Shown here piece after piece: positions 26,601-33,480 of a DNA stretch of 64,000 nucleotides (its first letter is position 1; each line of letters begins with the position of its first letter). Both the position numbers and the translations under genes were made by a program. Source of the stretch: Monocercomonoides exilis PA203 (lineage: Eukaryota > Protista > Preaxostyla); assembly GCA_001643675.2 (NCBI GenBank), contig LSRY02000004.1, forward strand, positions 248,001 through 312,000. Direction: 5' to 3'. The notes below the pieces were generated by a model that saw only the letters and a list, made by a program, of their open reading frames with translations, ran no database searches and had not been told where the DNA came from.

Positions 26601-26981
26601 GAGTGCCTGACACTGCAGATCCCGTTTGGGGAGTATGAGGCAGTGATTGCGGGAGACAAGATTGTGAAAGGAGAAAGGCCGAGGAGCGAGATGATTCGGG
26701 GGTCGAAGTATTTCTGGATGGTTCAGAAATGCCTGTCGGGTGGAGGGTCAGAGAGGCTGAGCTTGGTGGAGCTGAAGAAAGAGTTTATCGAAAGATTTCC
26801 GAATGGAGCAGCGATGCTGACTGCGTCGGATGCGATCGACATTGTTGAAGCGTGTGCTGGAAACAACGAGGGATCGGAGGCATGCTCTTATACAGTTGAC
26901 AGCGATGGGGCGATCCGGCTGATCCGAAAGTGTGGGGGAAAGAGAATTTCGAATGAAAATGGCAGAGCTTTGGAAGAATAA
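14652..26981 (+). CDS. Giant type-I membrane receptor A: Cys-rich GGA(I/L)/Pmp-like beta-helix ectodomain, single TM helix, degenerate kinase-like tail (~4109 aa)
   Basis: Uninterrupted ORF. First in-frame ATG at 14652 gives a signal-like MKIIALLILL. Repeated GGAIYL/GGGIYL...F..N.A..G.D.F motifs and eight CG-x4/5-(P)C modules. TM VIIIVLVIILLIVLIISVIFIV followed by RWRKQKRR (~25580-25670). Kinase C-lobe motifs LRWMAPELL and FSIGMMLWECLTLQIPF. Confidence 0.88.
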   Translation: MKIIALLILLKFESTIAPISCFSTPPSTTPEYAFSHYSCISIIKNHEQIEKFEEREHQKISSIQPRSFANTSNNCEASSALSSFISTINSSLDVSQTNLLQHGDNALFAIVQGSKCTVRCCMLILSNWNTAPFYSISSLLELSNISISCFVKQNIAQNSIAELHNESSLCLQSSAFSSLAIQTTYPLAASGSIDKLLMMGCNFRNISHCSPNTVRKQFFLKTKVSSVVGCEISKVENPFCSVLVIGKPLSSFVCHNTSFFACTVTEQNRQVFYSSDGDVVIEQTIFNVNGNDTHGGTVFARETNSFTMRECFFDRCNNTITDGYGGALYLYNVGPLLIQNCSAEKCFAMSTEAFMRIENLNSSVTISNLNASQCDADLRGIGIIYGSTAPIVCSTLKMIQSKSRNGEAGAIMLCNTFSSMTASDWLVNSNFADTIGGGIYVMREDSKAVYALQFSFCFFANNTAQIGNDIAFTENYYNLMNSSCFQFCFSLSEQNRVWMCTQGLRKCTSGEERNNLTPNPSGTVIHVDPMRESGDVAGCGDLSNECSTLGYSCDHWVNSFHTSIKLYSGEYAEASIPLAFQNIIIEKNTSSSNITIRTIPSSSAFCTLIGGSLDMRGMQIVHNSASSSDKCLFDENSEDSVLALHECTLKADSTSAAFNKPFFVLTKGEASLESCEISSVLFESTSLFATEQQAHLVLSNVKISMVSRRTGDGSVFSKAIQAEENFVLSNVSLEKCKCLDGNGGALYLELNAHSTAQIGVDSGCLFDTCTVPADSQKKRKGGAIYLRLREGGGNFQLKSVQFFGCNGWKGKNVFIESAELLRTANANTIGFHPVIGIGITDFDDLSGIENGDQSFIFPLALFLRNFTSPAYVSGQSTDNNYRLCGYSDYPCQSVEGASAARFANTKRNIRLLPSFSFRTETLLNSQSYAFDVEEDSTPINVGSSQAKVSEGLLINSVETSFTRIKFVLEASLNGRSAFILSNANVLSMTDCAVVPAASSASISYCLAKITSGKLLITRFAAPLAQKLSFGNAPFVAISGSASAAFDTLDVNGMTTIGSDGLISVDSTGTTNINNSTFHGSNITSSAFVSSSSGTYSITIKNTTFEEIKRTTGDGSCVFLNTRSGFASSFTESNCTFTGCTVTENGKGGGAIALHINSQSALTLESSAFTSCQAPKPNAGSKGKGGAILIDFSEVNTRYLLANTLIFASNAAEHGNDLFVSSVDLASSITTAAFQFFRQDAPFAPESCAGTDSKWPSVAIPLVFYLLPRESAVHVLSEGNDVSACGFAGYGCQTITFALTQRTDKLEELIVHPVYALSETITLSGTSEITFEGTVAETKMRMIGAQTGASEAMIRMEQASTWKHLAFCLQPTIPSPQSSVFLVCSANAMLNLEDCSILAERGEEKCAFGFLSVAEGSFAMTRFTVNSIGFQSAEMVKVCRKGSGSIDSCTWINITSAVETGIIAYSSAGTLNMHNTTISQSASSCCSFVEDKHGKSLVAENNTFSGISKNEGNGSVIKADIGENESLELNDVSVDSCSSVRGCGGGVYISTSSSAKIRIGKEGTATRFTRCSAKGTLPKCGFGGGVFLKCADWLADLVLTAVSFGTEGDSTSNEAEGGGSNVFVEGYSLDKVFTSQSFKFDVDKESTAEFGKLCGFEDGNVSYAIPLVVFLLTFEPPAIIGGNTGFDYRMCGVSIYPCATIPFAISKRFPASNSSGASIRLTADFSFKDAISFDTQPTEVSAEQIGGVIDVRSDGMGECAGLLCSSVNVKFSEIVFGLPGSFDEPSRTSLFLCSSATLTIHRCEFQNSSSLAVEYRIIYVTSGKVELDGCKMKDFTMGNAEIIVLDGNNAECSIEGMEASKLSREEDGAMILITSGKKLTIENSSIENSTMANNNHITINSLTNGLLKNVTFSNLSRTNGDGGVIVGELGAGEVLGVENCSFKLCGCYSARTIGGCVLMDVEEGGTFRFERNKVEFCIVSSGDGFGGGLFLTFGSSHLDYSMKNNTFENNGALRGKDAYVVCEEPGAAILLMYWNGSASEDTAPDRLWVRSLSEPADGGATMIDYLFPPPTSFVFVDGGASAVENCGSKRNPCTSVELGFQKMDSSRSIIQLEGNTPIDAVVNRHGVSLTIQSNATTKAIIFGRNGKFELLEGSRSTTLTFSRLDFALPSSANPSQEIGSLVEVSIGQCSFLDCTFEQGSSSNSNPSKWIVSGGGGVVHFDSCTFSDIPFQTAGVVLIDRASLLLEACSFSSISSDARKGLITGSGNCDITLKDTGFANCETINGHILEMTQPKSIEISGACTFEGCTSTEGDGEALYYVLEGEGSLVMNKTSIVSCGVNAVNGRGGGIYLDLKENANAYLFSDLTFSGNEAFEGKDMFVRSADLNASIIPSLFDFEYFGADGEIKVDLKGRDETHFVSVSADLLYFLVKYSSSTISVGSAGIDFIGCGKAEIPCRTLQWGMNNLQTSEDLRLCFVEILDEVAICECYEFGLSQLSIGLSSAVDSHAFAKLSISQTASGSSQSIFSLNNSLSFSSVQFHLPAFFSNGQSSVVSSSDGYLTFNSTSFHSNSTSALEYVLVLSKRGKVELLNVSASSLVFAYSPFRLSSYATLESCNFCNINAPSNIGGGAMSVCLERSDLLRVKSCRAELCKCSTERGRGGFLHIDCSKSAAAKPFRFEGNMAFEANDAQQGRNMFIVSADLNSSVCLETFAFSFEAMKEDSSAFVGKEEESEVWDLFRYLVPYSASAIFLSESGADVMRCGSADDPCCSFWKGMQQISSEASPKLISISKSTEVTNTFTLSNFTIQSSSLEEEEKQESMLLFREKAGEVSEPFLRCTAELSLKYVSLIIASSFDNSASEVILSESGMVSLGQCWLGAEVMLGGMQISRCSFIVCVRGQLSLVDVAMKSARIGKSAIITGAGVCEIKNFTCLFVNISDGSIFEVMEVAGSAKGVNANEKSELRLNSSAISSVSRTGNGASVIDSKRERDFWIEMDGTSVSDCKAGQSQKGGVVFVKLGEGGRFSVMRSTMMRCCCSDEGKGGVFYIEAMRSGVLDFVFQSVSFAGNTAKVGNDIYVSCQNITAQINETQFRFDLREGVYVRQNAIYGIDATDHIADTNLMDFITIYQADTIVVSSVSGKGGKNERRCGTYVLPCLSLGYAISHVTSDFDSRLIVDGGTFIEEELTLDRLLLAARSKSQSNVTINSIASSANEAVIATLEAVSIANLWFIFEQDFVCSHSSFISPRCGVVELANCSFSSESSLPLFSLLDFSEGNGTITSCLFSSLTLLSCAIHASSSCFVYVASSEFCLMSSAAGAIVCENNKEINVAHTKFANNSIASSFTSSTANPLTCISASSVADVILSNCSFWGLPHTMDRGILVKICACPKVLFDLCELEGNKNSEVLDNSICNTNELCSWNGSLADVQNSTSSMKDTTIASSSIGGMSVFGGSMMIEDGKFMNNNPKIENYQSVRRNIVCAGSGLLKVASVKGGDGVKEGSSLWVLNEGCTLGGIAEERESAFFIPELESVEAEEDGSVTRLKFVGLLLVPCNLSFRVVKRVGSEALVERYSFEEGGFVSEAEVLGAVPSKTICEAGEETEVSVCILFGNAEAPSSTKAFVLKNGSEPKANGDGKAVESGKGYGSSSTVIIIVLVIILLIVLIISVIFIVRWRKQKRRTKELEVIVEDTVRKDPKAFEMVTMEMSPEEQWRRAEREAEKKNEERMKKRIYDTNMEHSDSSEHLLSESGSTEYILGKDSDKIPEWMLEKVDEKEEEETRKRTPSPSISSTSTTSTTDSDSTFVRGEDLCPTTSSMSNLVDAMACSSPHEKLIVDLRDSLFMLLHGRNKTKEMPIGSLEEREVTAAQILFWVANLALHSFDEMENKLQSLANLSPHIVLFSEHMVICIVMHSDLLSSGDSSDSSSISSSTVVTSASDDDDSEDSLPSSAFEDENDFKKECLRWMAPELLSGAKKQATKKTVAFSIGMMLWECLTLQIPFGEYEAVIAGDKIVKGERPRSEMIRGSKYFWMVQKCLSGGGSERLSLVELKKEFIERFPNGAAMLTASDAIDIVEACAGNNEGSEACSYTVDSDGAIRLIRKCGGKRISNENGRALEE

Positions 26982-27496
26982 GCAGTTTCTTGTTTTGATG
27001 ATCGATTTTTTGTTTTGTTTTGCTTTGAAAAATATTGCTGGGTGACAATTGAGTGTTTTTATCGTTCTTTCAATCCAACCATCTTTTTTCGATTTCCTTC
27101 CTTCTTTCTTTCTTTTTCTAATCTTTTTTTACCTTCTGTTTTCACTTTTGTATTTTGCGTATTAATATTTTGTGTTGTATATCATAGTTATTTTTTCTTT
27201 TCTTTTTATCTTTTTTTTTTTTTCGTTTTGGCATGTCTATCTTGGATTATTTGTTATTCCGTCTTTTTCGTTCGCTTGTGTTTTGAGATATGTGCAGCCA
27301 TCATGCATTTGGAAGAGATTTTTTTGGTGGTTTTGATTATCATCTTATTTCGATTCGTGTGTCACTTTTGACCGATTTGTGTGTATTTTGCTTTCTTGAA
27401 ATCAGAAAAATAGTCATCTTTTTCAGTTTTTTTTTTTTTTTTTTTTTTTAACATTCGCATCATTAAGAATGAAGACATAATATTTAACAACAAAGC
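25495..27496 (+). repeat. Left arm of ~2 kb inverted repeat (receptor A TM, cytoplasmic tail and ~500 bp 3' flank)
   Basis: Near-identical by eye to the reverse complement of ~52739-54727, including non-coding flank ending at ...tatttaacaacaaagc. Confidence 0.9.
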
Positions 27497-27740
27497 AAAA
27501 ATAAATATTAAATCTATTTTTTCCCCGAAAGTGTTGAATATTCCAAAAATAAATTTATTTCGAAAAAAGAAAATCAATAAAGAAAAAAATCTTTTTTTTA
27601 CAGTATTTTTTTCTATTCCTGATGAAGGTTTTCGGTTGATTGATAATTTCAGTCAAAACTTAATCTGATTCCAATGAATATTGTCAACATCTGTTTTGAT
27701 CTCATTTCAAAGATCATTCACATTTTAACGAAATTTCTTT

Positions 27741-28414
27741 TTATTTTCAATTGTGACACCAAAAATTATTCAACATCGAAAATATTTAATTTAACATCGA
27801 AAAAGAAGTTTATAAGTTCAGAATTTCAATTCAAATCAAATCCAAGGATATTTTATTGACATGAATGTTGATAATTGCATATGTTTTTTTATTGGAAATA
27901 TTTTTCTTTCGTTTTTATCTTCTGTTTTCTATGATAAAGATTGATTTCAATCGATTTCTTATCTCATTTTGATTATTGAATATGATATATTTTTTCAGTT
28001 TCCAATTCAATAAATGAAATACAAAACATTTTGTTTTCAGTAAATGAAATGAATTCTTGTATTTTTGTGCACAAAACAAGATCATGAACTATCCTATCAC
28101 TTTTATTTTTTTACAAAAATTGATTTTAATCTCCTGAGCACATGTGAAGATTTAAAAACATTCAATAATTTCTTTTTCACGCTATTGAATACAATCACAC
28201 ACCAAAATAAAGATTTAAAAATATTTTTCTAATTGAAAAATTCAGATTTCTCAGATCAATTACTGAAAGAAAAGAAACTGACATGAGTATGAATTTTAAA
28301 AAATTTTTTCAAATTTTTTGATGATAATTTTCGATGTCGAATTAAATATTTTCGATCTTGAATTAAACTTTTTCAATGTTGAATAATTTTTTGGTGGATC
28401 ACATCAGAAAATAA
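27741..28414. mobile_element. Foldback/MITE-like element with imperfect inverted arms
   Basis: 27741-27803 (ttattttc..tgtga.caccaaaaattattcaacatcgaaaatatttaatttaacatcgaaaa) matches the reverse complement of 28328-28414. Arms contain 2 versus 3 copies of a ~21-nt unit (AATTCAACATCGAAAA-like). No target-site duplication identified. Confidence 0.45.
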
Positions 28415-28425
28415 TTTTTCGCATA

Positions 28426-28872
28426 CAGTCAAAACCGGATATAATCACATCGGTTTTTGCACAACTTTTTGTGACTATATCCGATTGTGATTATAAACGA
28501 TGCTGCTTCACACAAAAAAATTAAAAATTAATTAACTAACTAATTAATTTTGTGTCGATTTTTTTTTTTTGGAAATTCTACACAAATACACTTTTTTCAC
28601 TTGCTTGAACAATTTTGATCATGAATACACATGATTCAGACTTATTTGAGCATATTTTTGAAAAATAAAAAATTCAAATTTTTGATCAAAAAACCGATTT
28701 TTCATTGAAAAAAGCATTCTAAATGAAAAAAATTGTGATTATATATTTTCAGCCCTGTGATTGTATGCGATGGAAAATGAATGAAAAATAGGCCAAAAAT
28801 GTCGGTGCATGGAAAAATGTGACTATATTCGAATGTGATTATATTCGACGTGATTATATCCGGTTTAGACTG
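28426..28872. mobile_element. Non-autonomous Tc1/mariner-pogo-type MITE (447 bp)
   Basis: Flanked by TA on both sides (28424-28425, 28873-28874). TIRs CAGTCAAAACCGGATATAATCACATCG and reverse complement CAGTCTAAACCGGATATAATCACGTCG (2 mismatches in 27). Subterminal GTGA(C/T)TATAT-like repeats at both ends. No ORF. Confidence 0.88.
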
Positions 28873-30103
28873 TAATTCTTTTGAACGAAAGTGACAATTT
28901 TCAAAATCATAACTTTTTTCGATGTGTTGATTCTACAAAGGTTTTATTTCTTTGAACAGGAAATATTCATTCAAAAGAAATAAAAATATGCTAGTTGTTA
29001 AAATAAAGAAATTTGAAAATATATTTATGAAAAAATAACTTTCAAAGGAGTTAAAACATTTGAGTGTTCATTTGTCAATATGGGTGATTTTTTTTGATAT
29101 CATAAAAAAAGATCAAAAATTGAAAAAATAAAATATATTGTGGTTTTTTTGATCAATGAGGAAAATTGAATTTTTGTTAGAATAAAGTTTTTTTCTGTGA
29201 TGTATATTAGTTTTATTTATCTATATGAAAAAAGCACACCTTTTTTATGTTTCGGTTAAAAAGCATTCTTTATGATCAAGTTCAATAAAAATTTAAAAAA
29301 TCAATCTTAAAAAGGAGAATAGAAGTTTCAAGACTTACTAAACGGTACAAATAAATAAAAAAATAATACAGATAGATATTAATATACATAATTAGTTTAT
29401 TTTAAATTGGATGCAATGTTTTTTATACTTACTGATCCGAAAAATCATCTCTAAATTCCTGGTGTGGCAAAGAAGTTCAACGACTTATAATAACAATGAA
29501 CGAAACGGCAGCGAAACAACAATTGACGATGGCAATAGAGTCAATTCCACTTTTCTTTCCTTATTATTCTTATGAAATGATATTCTAGCATTCTTCTTCA
29601 TCCGCTGCCCATCTTTCTTCTGTTTCTGCTCCACTTCATCTAAAACCACCACTTAAAAATATTACCCATGTTGTCTTCTTTTATCTCCAACACTTTTCTC
29701 TCCATTCTCCTCATGACATCCTTTTATCGCTTCTTTCACGAAAAAATAACTTGTAAAGCTCTTTCTGTGAATTCATTTTGTTCAATTTCTTTTCTTTCTT
29801 CTTCTTTCAGCCAGCTCCCTCTTCCTCGACCACACATTCATCTCCAGTTTCAATTTTAACAACCCCAGCACATTTCACCTCACCTCTCTCATAAAACCCC
29901 CTTTCCTTCAACTCCTTTAACAAGTCCAGCTGTTACATGAACAGCGTCATCTTGGAATACAGAAACCAGCAAACTTCCGCAGGCGAACGCTTTCCTTTCG
30001 TAAATATCAGCCAGTTCTGTTTGATTGAAGATGTGAACGAAGAACGAAGAAGAAGAAGAAGAGGAGGAAGTGGAAGAAGAAAATGAATTGGAAGGAGGAG
30101 AAT

Positions 30104-30172
30104 GAGAAAGAGAAAGAGAAAGAGAAAGAGAAAGAGAAAGAGAAAGAGAAAGAGAAAGAGAAAGAGAAAGAG
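30104..30172 (+). repeat. (GAGAAA)n hexamer microsatellite
   Basis: About 11 tandem copies read directly. Confidence 0.9.
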
Positions 30173-30481
30173 TAGGAGAAAGAAGAAAAAGCATATTTTG
30201 CTAAAAAAATGATGAAAACATTTTAAGTTGTTCATTCTATTGCAAGTTACAAACAGATATGTCAATGGAAATGCTGTGGAAGAATAAGAAACAGGAAGAT
30301 CCTTCAATTTTTGAGCTGACAGAAGCATCGTCTTTCTCATTTTTATCTCAAAATGTTCCGATCCATCAGATTTTGGAAACATTTTCACTTGTCCCTTTCG
30401 GAATCTTCGCTTTGAACAAAAAAATTCCAAGTTATTCTCGAACCTTGATAAACGTTCTTCTGCTTCTTCTATTCATTCAAC

Positions 30482-30551
30482 TTCATTCTTCATTCTTCAT
30501 TCTTCATTCTTCATTATTCATTATTCATTATTCATTATTCATTATTCATTC
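30482..30551 (+). repeat. (TTCATTM)10 heptamer tandem repeat
   Basis: TTCATTC x4, TTCATTA x5, TTCATTC x1. Confidence 0.9.
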
Positions 30552-30721
30552 CTCTTTTTCATCTTTCTTCAAGTGGATCAGCGTGGAGATCTGCTTCGCC
30601 ATTCATGAGACGAAGAAGCAAAGAGAAAAGGGTGACAGGAGATGATTAGCTGTTTTTATATTCATCAACAAATTCTGTTATTGATCCTTCGGATGCATCG
30701 GTCTTGTAAGCAACAAATGTG

Positions 30722-32994
30722 TTAGCAGCTGTAATTGACGATATCGGAAGGCAGCTGAGGTGAATTTGAGTCGCATGCCGCTGTCGCTGCTGCTGTCGTT
30801 ACGTGAGAATGTTGTGGTGATACGCTATATGCTGAGTGGGGTTGTTGAGCATCCCTGTGATGTGACGCTTTGGAAATGCTTTCTGTTTTGCATGTGGAGC
30901 AGATTCTTTCGCTTGCAGCTTCGATGTGAACGAAATCTGAGGATAAGTATCCTTTTTCGCATTGGATGCGAATGCGTTCTTGGATGTTATAATAATCTGT
31001 TTGTCCCTTCAATGCTTCAGTCTGCGACAGTGTGGATGGAGTTTTTTTTCTAACAGCAGCCGATGCGTTTTTTTTAATGAAGACAGATGACAATGTGATA
31101 TGGAAAGGGATTACACAATCTTATGCAAGGAAGAAGCTTAGGAGAAGGCGATGAAGAAGGTGGGGTTGAAAATGGAGGCTGTCGTTCCATCACCAAAAGC
31201 TATTACGCCAGCAGAACTTGAGAAGCGAGAAGAGGCAGAAGAGGATAAGGAGGAAAAAGATGATGAGAAGGAAGAAGAAGAAGAAGGAAGAAAATATGGG
31301 AAATGAAGAAGAAGTGAATGAAGATGATGTGCTTGCAGATGCAAATGTTGAGAAAGTGAATGGTGTTCGTTAATGTGCTGCTGAATCCTTTTTCGATTTT
31401 TGATTTCACGCAGAAAATCTGAGCAAAGCGTGGTTAGAATCGTTATAGGCTTATTCTTGTCTTTTGTTTTTTATTTTTCTTTTCTTTCGCTCCTTTTTCT
31501 TTCTGAGCCTTTCGAATGTCTTTGTCAAATCCATCTTCTTCTTCTTCTTCTATCTCATTATTGATGCATTCATCTATCAGACACAACGATCCCTTTTCAT
31601 CTTTATCGCTTACAAACTCATTTGTACTCCTCTTCTCATCCTTCTTCTCTCTCTTCCCTTCCTTCCCTTCCTTCTCCCTACCCACCCGAATCCACTGGTT
31701 AGCCACATACGTTGCATAGTTCAGAAGGATGCTCTGTGGCTCAAACACATCCCTCTTCGCTGACACACTGCTGCTTGCAAACACACCTGCATTGCTCAAT
31801 CTGCACTTCCCGAGAATCGCACGAGGGATCGGCACAGTCACAAGCGGTGGCAGCTAGAAGGAAGAAATTGAAGAAGAAGAAGAGGAATAAGGAGACATAT
31901 TTGATAAAGAGGCAGAGCTAGGGCTAGTCATGTTGAAGGACTTCTGCGTGAGTGAAGAGGAGTCTGTGGCAGGAGATGAAGGAGTGAGTGGCTTTGGAGG
32001 AGTTCCAACAAGAACAGAAGGGGCAGACAATTGTGTGTGTGGCAAGGGAGAAAAAGGAGGAGAAGCAAATGTTGAGGAGGCTGTGGTATTTTGAGTATTC
32101 GGACAAGCAGATGAGAGTGCACTATTGAATAAGCAAAATTTCTGATGACCTTCATTTCTCTTTCCCCTACCCCGTCCCTCCTCCTCCTTTCTATTGCTGC
32201 CTGTTCTTGCATTGTGTCGAAAGAGTCAATTTGCGATGTGCAAAACACGTCTTTTTCGTTCGTCTGCATCTTCACTTTTCCCTTTTCCAGTTGCCTCCCT
32301 TTATTCTGCACTGCATTCATCTTGCTACTGTTCTCCGCTCTCTGTGCCTCTTTCATTTGATCGCGCACTCCTCGCTCTTTGCTCCTTGGCGGCGTTATAA
32401 AGTGAGTGGATTTTTGCGATGTGCTTGCAGCCCCTTCCCCTTCCCACTCCCATTTCTCTTCTCATTTCTGTTCATCTCATTCAGGAGAGCTTGTGTGCTG
32501 AAGAAGAACGAGCTCTTTAAGAAGAGAAAGATGTACATCTGCAGAAGAGGAAAGCCGTTCAAATGCATAACCTGAAATCCAACAGAACACATCTACAGTG
32601 ATGATTATGAAGTGAACAAAGAAAAAGGAGGAGGATGGGAAGGAGAAGAAGAAGAAGAAGAAGAAGAAGCAATAATAGACCGAAGAAGATTTTGTGTGTT
32701 TTTGTCTATGAGATTCATATCAGGTGTGCTTGTCGCTGAAGCAGCAAGTGAATTGTGAGAAGGCGAATTTTGTGTTTGTAAATCGAGAAATGAGGAAGAT
32801 GGTTGATTGAATGAAGGAGAATTATCAGAAGAAGAAGAAGAAGAAGAAGAAGAAGACGAAGAAGAAGATGCAGTTGAGAAATGCGGAATCAGTTGAACGA
32901 CATTTATGAAGTTGAGAATAATTTGTATGAAGTCGTTGATTGGCCAAAACGGCTCACTTGCTGCATAAATTTCAGATTGGTCAGAAAAACTCAA
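30722..32994 (-). pseudogene. Decayed low-complexity protein-coding gene of unknown family
   Basis: Chain of coding-like minus-strand ORFs (32994-32605, 32592-32395, 32368-31928, 32045-31854, 31841-31443, 31093-30722) with poly-Ser and K/E tracts like intact genes here. They are broken by in-frame stops and frameshifts with no AT-rich intron between them. Confidence 0.5.
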
Positions 32995-33069
32995 TCACAA
33001 TATTTGTGACGAACAGATTGGATAAATCAATCTTGCTGTATATTCACAACTTCAGTTCACTTTTTTTCT

Positions 33070-33480
33070 GTGATTTCCCCTCTTTTCCCCTCAAAAATAG
33101 AAAATGTTGATTTTTCTCAATTTCCTTTCTTTTCCATTCCCCTCTTCCATTCAGCTGATAAAATCATCAGAAAATATCAATCCCCTCCTTTTCTTCATCT
33201 TTCCCTGTCTCTTCCAAAATATCTACTCCTCTCATAAAAGATACCCCTCTTCCATTTGAACACTTCAGAATATTCATCTTCTTGTACACTTTTGCCCTCT
33301 TTTCCTTTTTTTCAAATTCAATTTCTCCAATCAACAATAAATACATTCCCCACCATCCTCAGCAACTTTTCTATATATTTTCTACATTTTCCTCTACAAA
33401 TCTCCACTTGCTCTTCTCCATCCCTTTGTCTCCAAATTTTGTTTATTCAAAAACCCCTCTCGAAATATAAACATTCATAA
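33070..33480 (-). pseudogene. Possible decayed fragment of the GGA-repeat receptor family
   Basis: Purine-rich minus strand with stop-ridden remnants such as EDGGECIYC and KCSNGRG, loosely resembling ectodomain motifs of receptors A and B. Weak. Confidence 0.22.

Noticed and set aside
25049-26659. Antisense ORFs conserved in all three receptor copies (MVGHRSSPRT..., MSPAITASYS...)
   Set aside because: Conservation follows trivially from nucleotide identity of the sense cassette.
27015-27371. Hydrophobic ORF in the 3' flank, also at 52940-53209
   Set aside because: T-rich UTR sequence; the two copies differ by frameshifts, so the frame is not conserved.
28471-28863. Spaced short repeats reminiscent of a CRISPR array or iterons
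   Set aside because: Irregular spacing, eukaryotic context and no cas genes; explained as MITE subterminal repeats.
30722-32994. In-frame TAA/TAG between collinear fragments, suggesting the TAR=Gln code known from some oxymonads
   Set aside because: Intact genes here end in TAA (PNP, receptor A) and TAG (RhoGEF, receptor C), long ORFs have no internal TAR, and the region also has frameshifts. Pseudogene decay is simpler.
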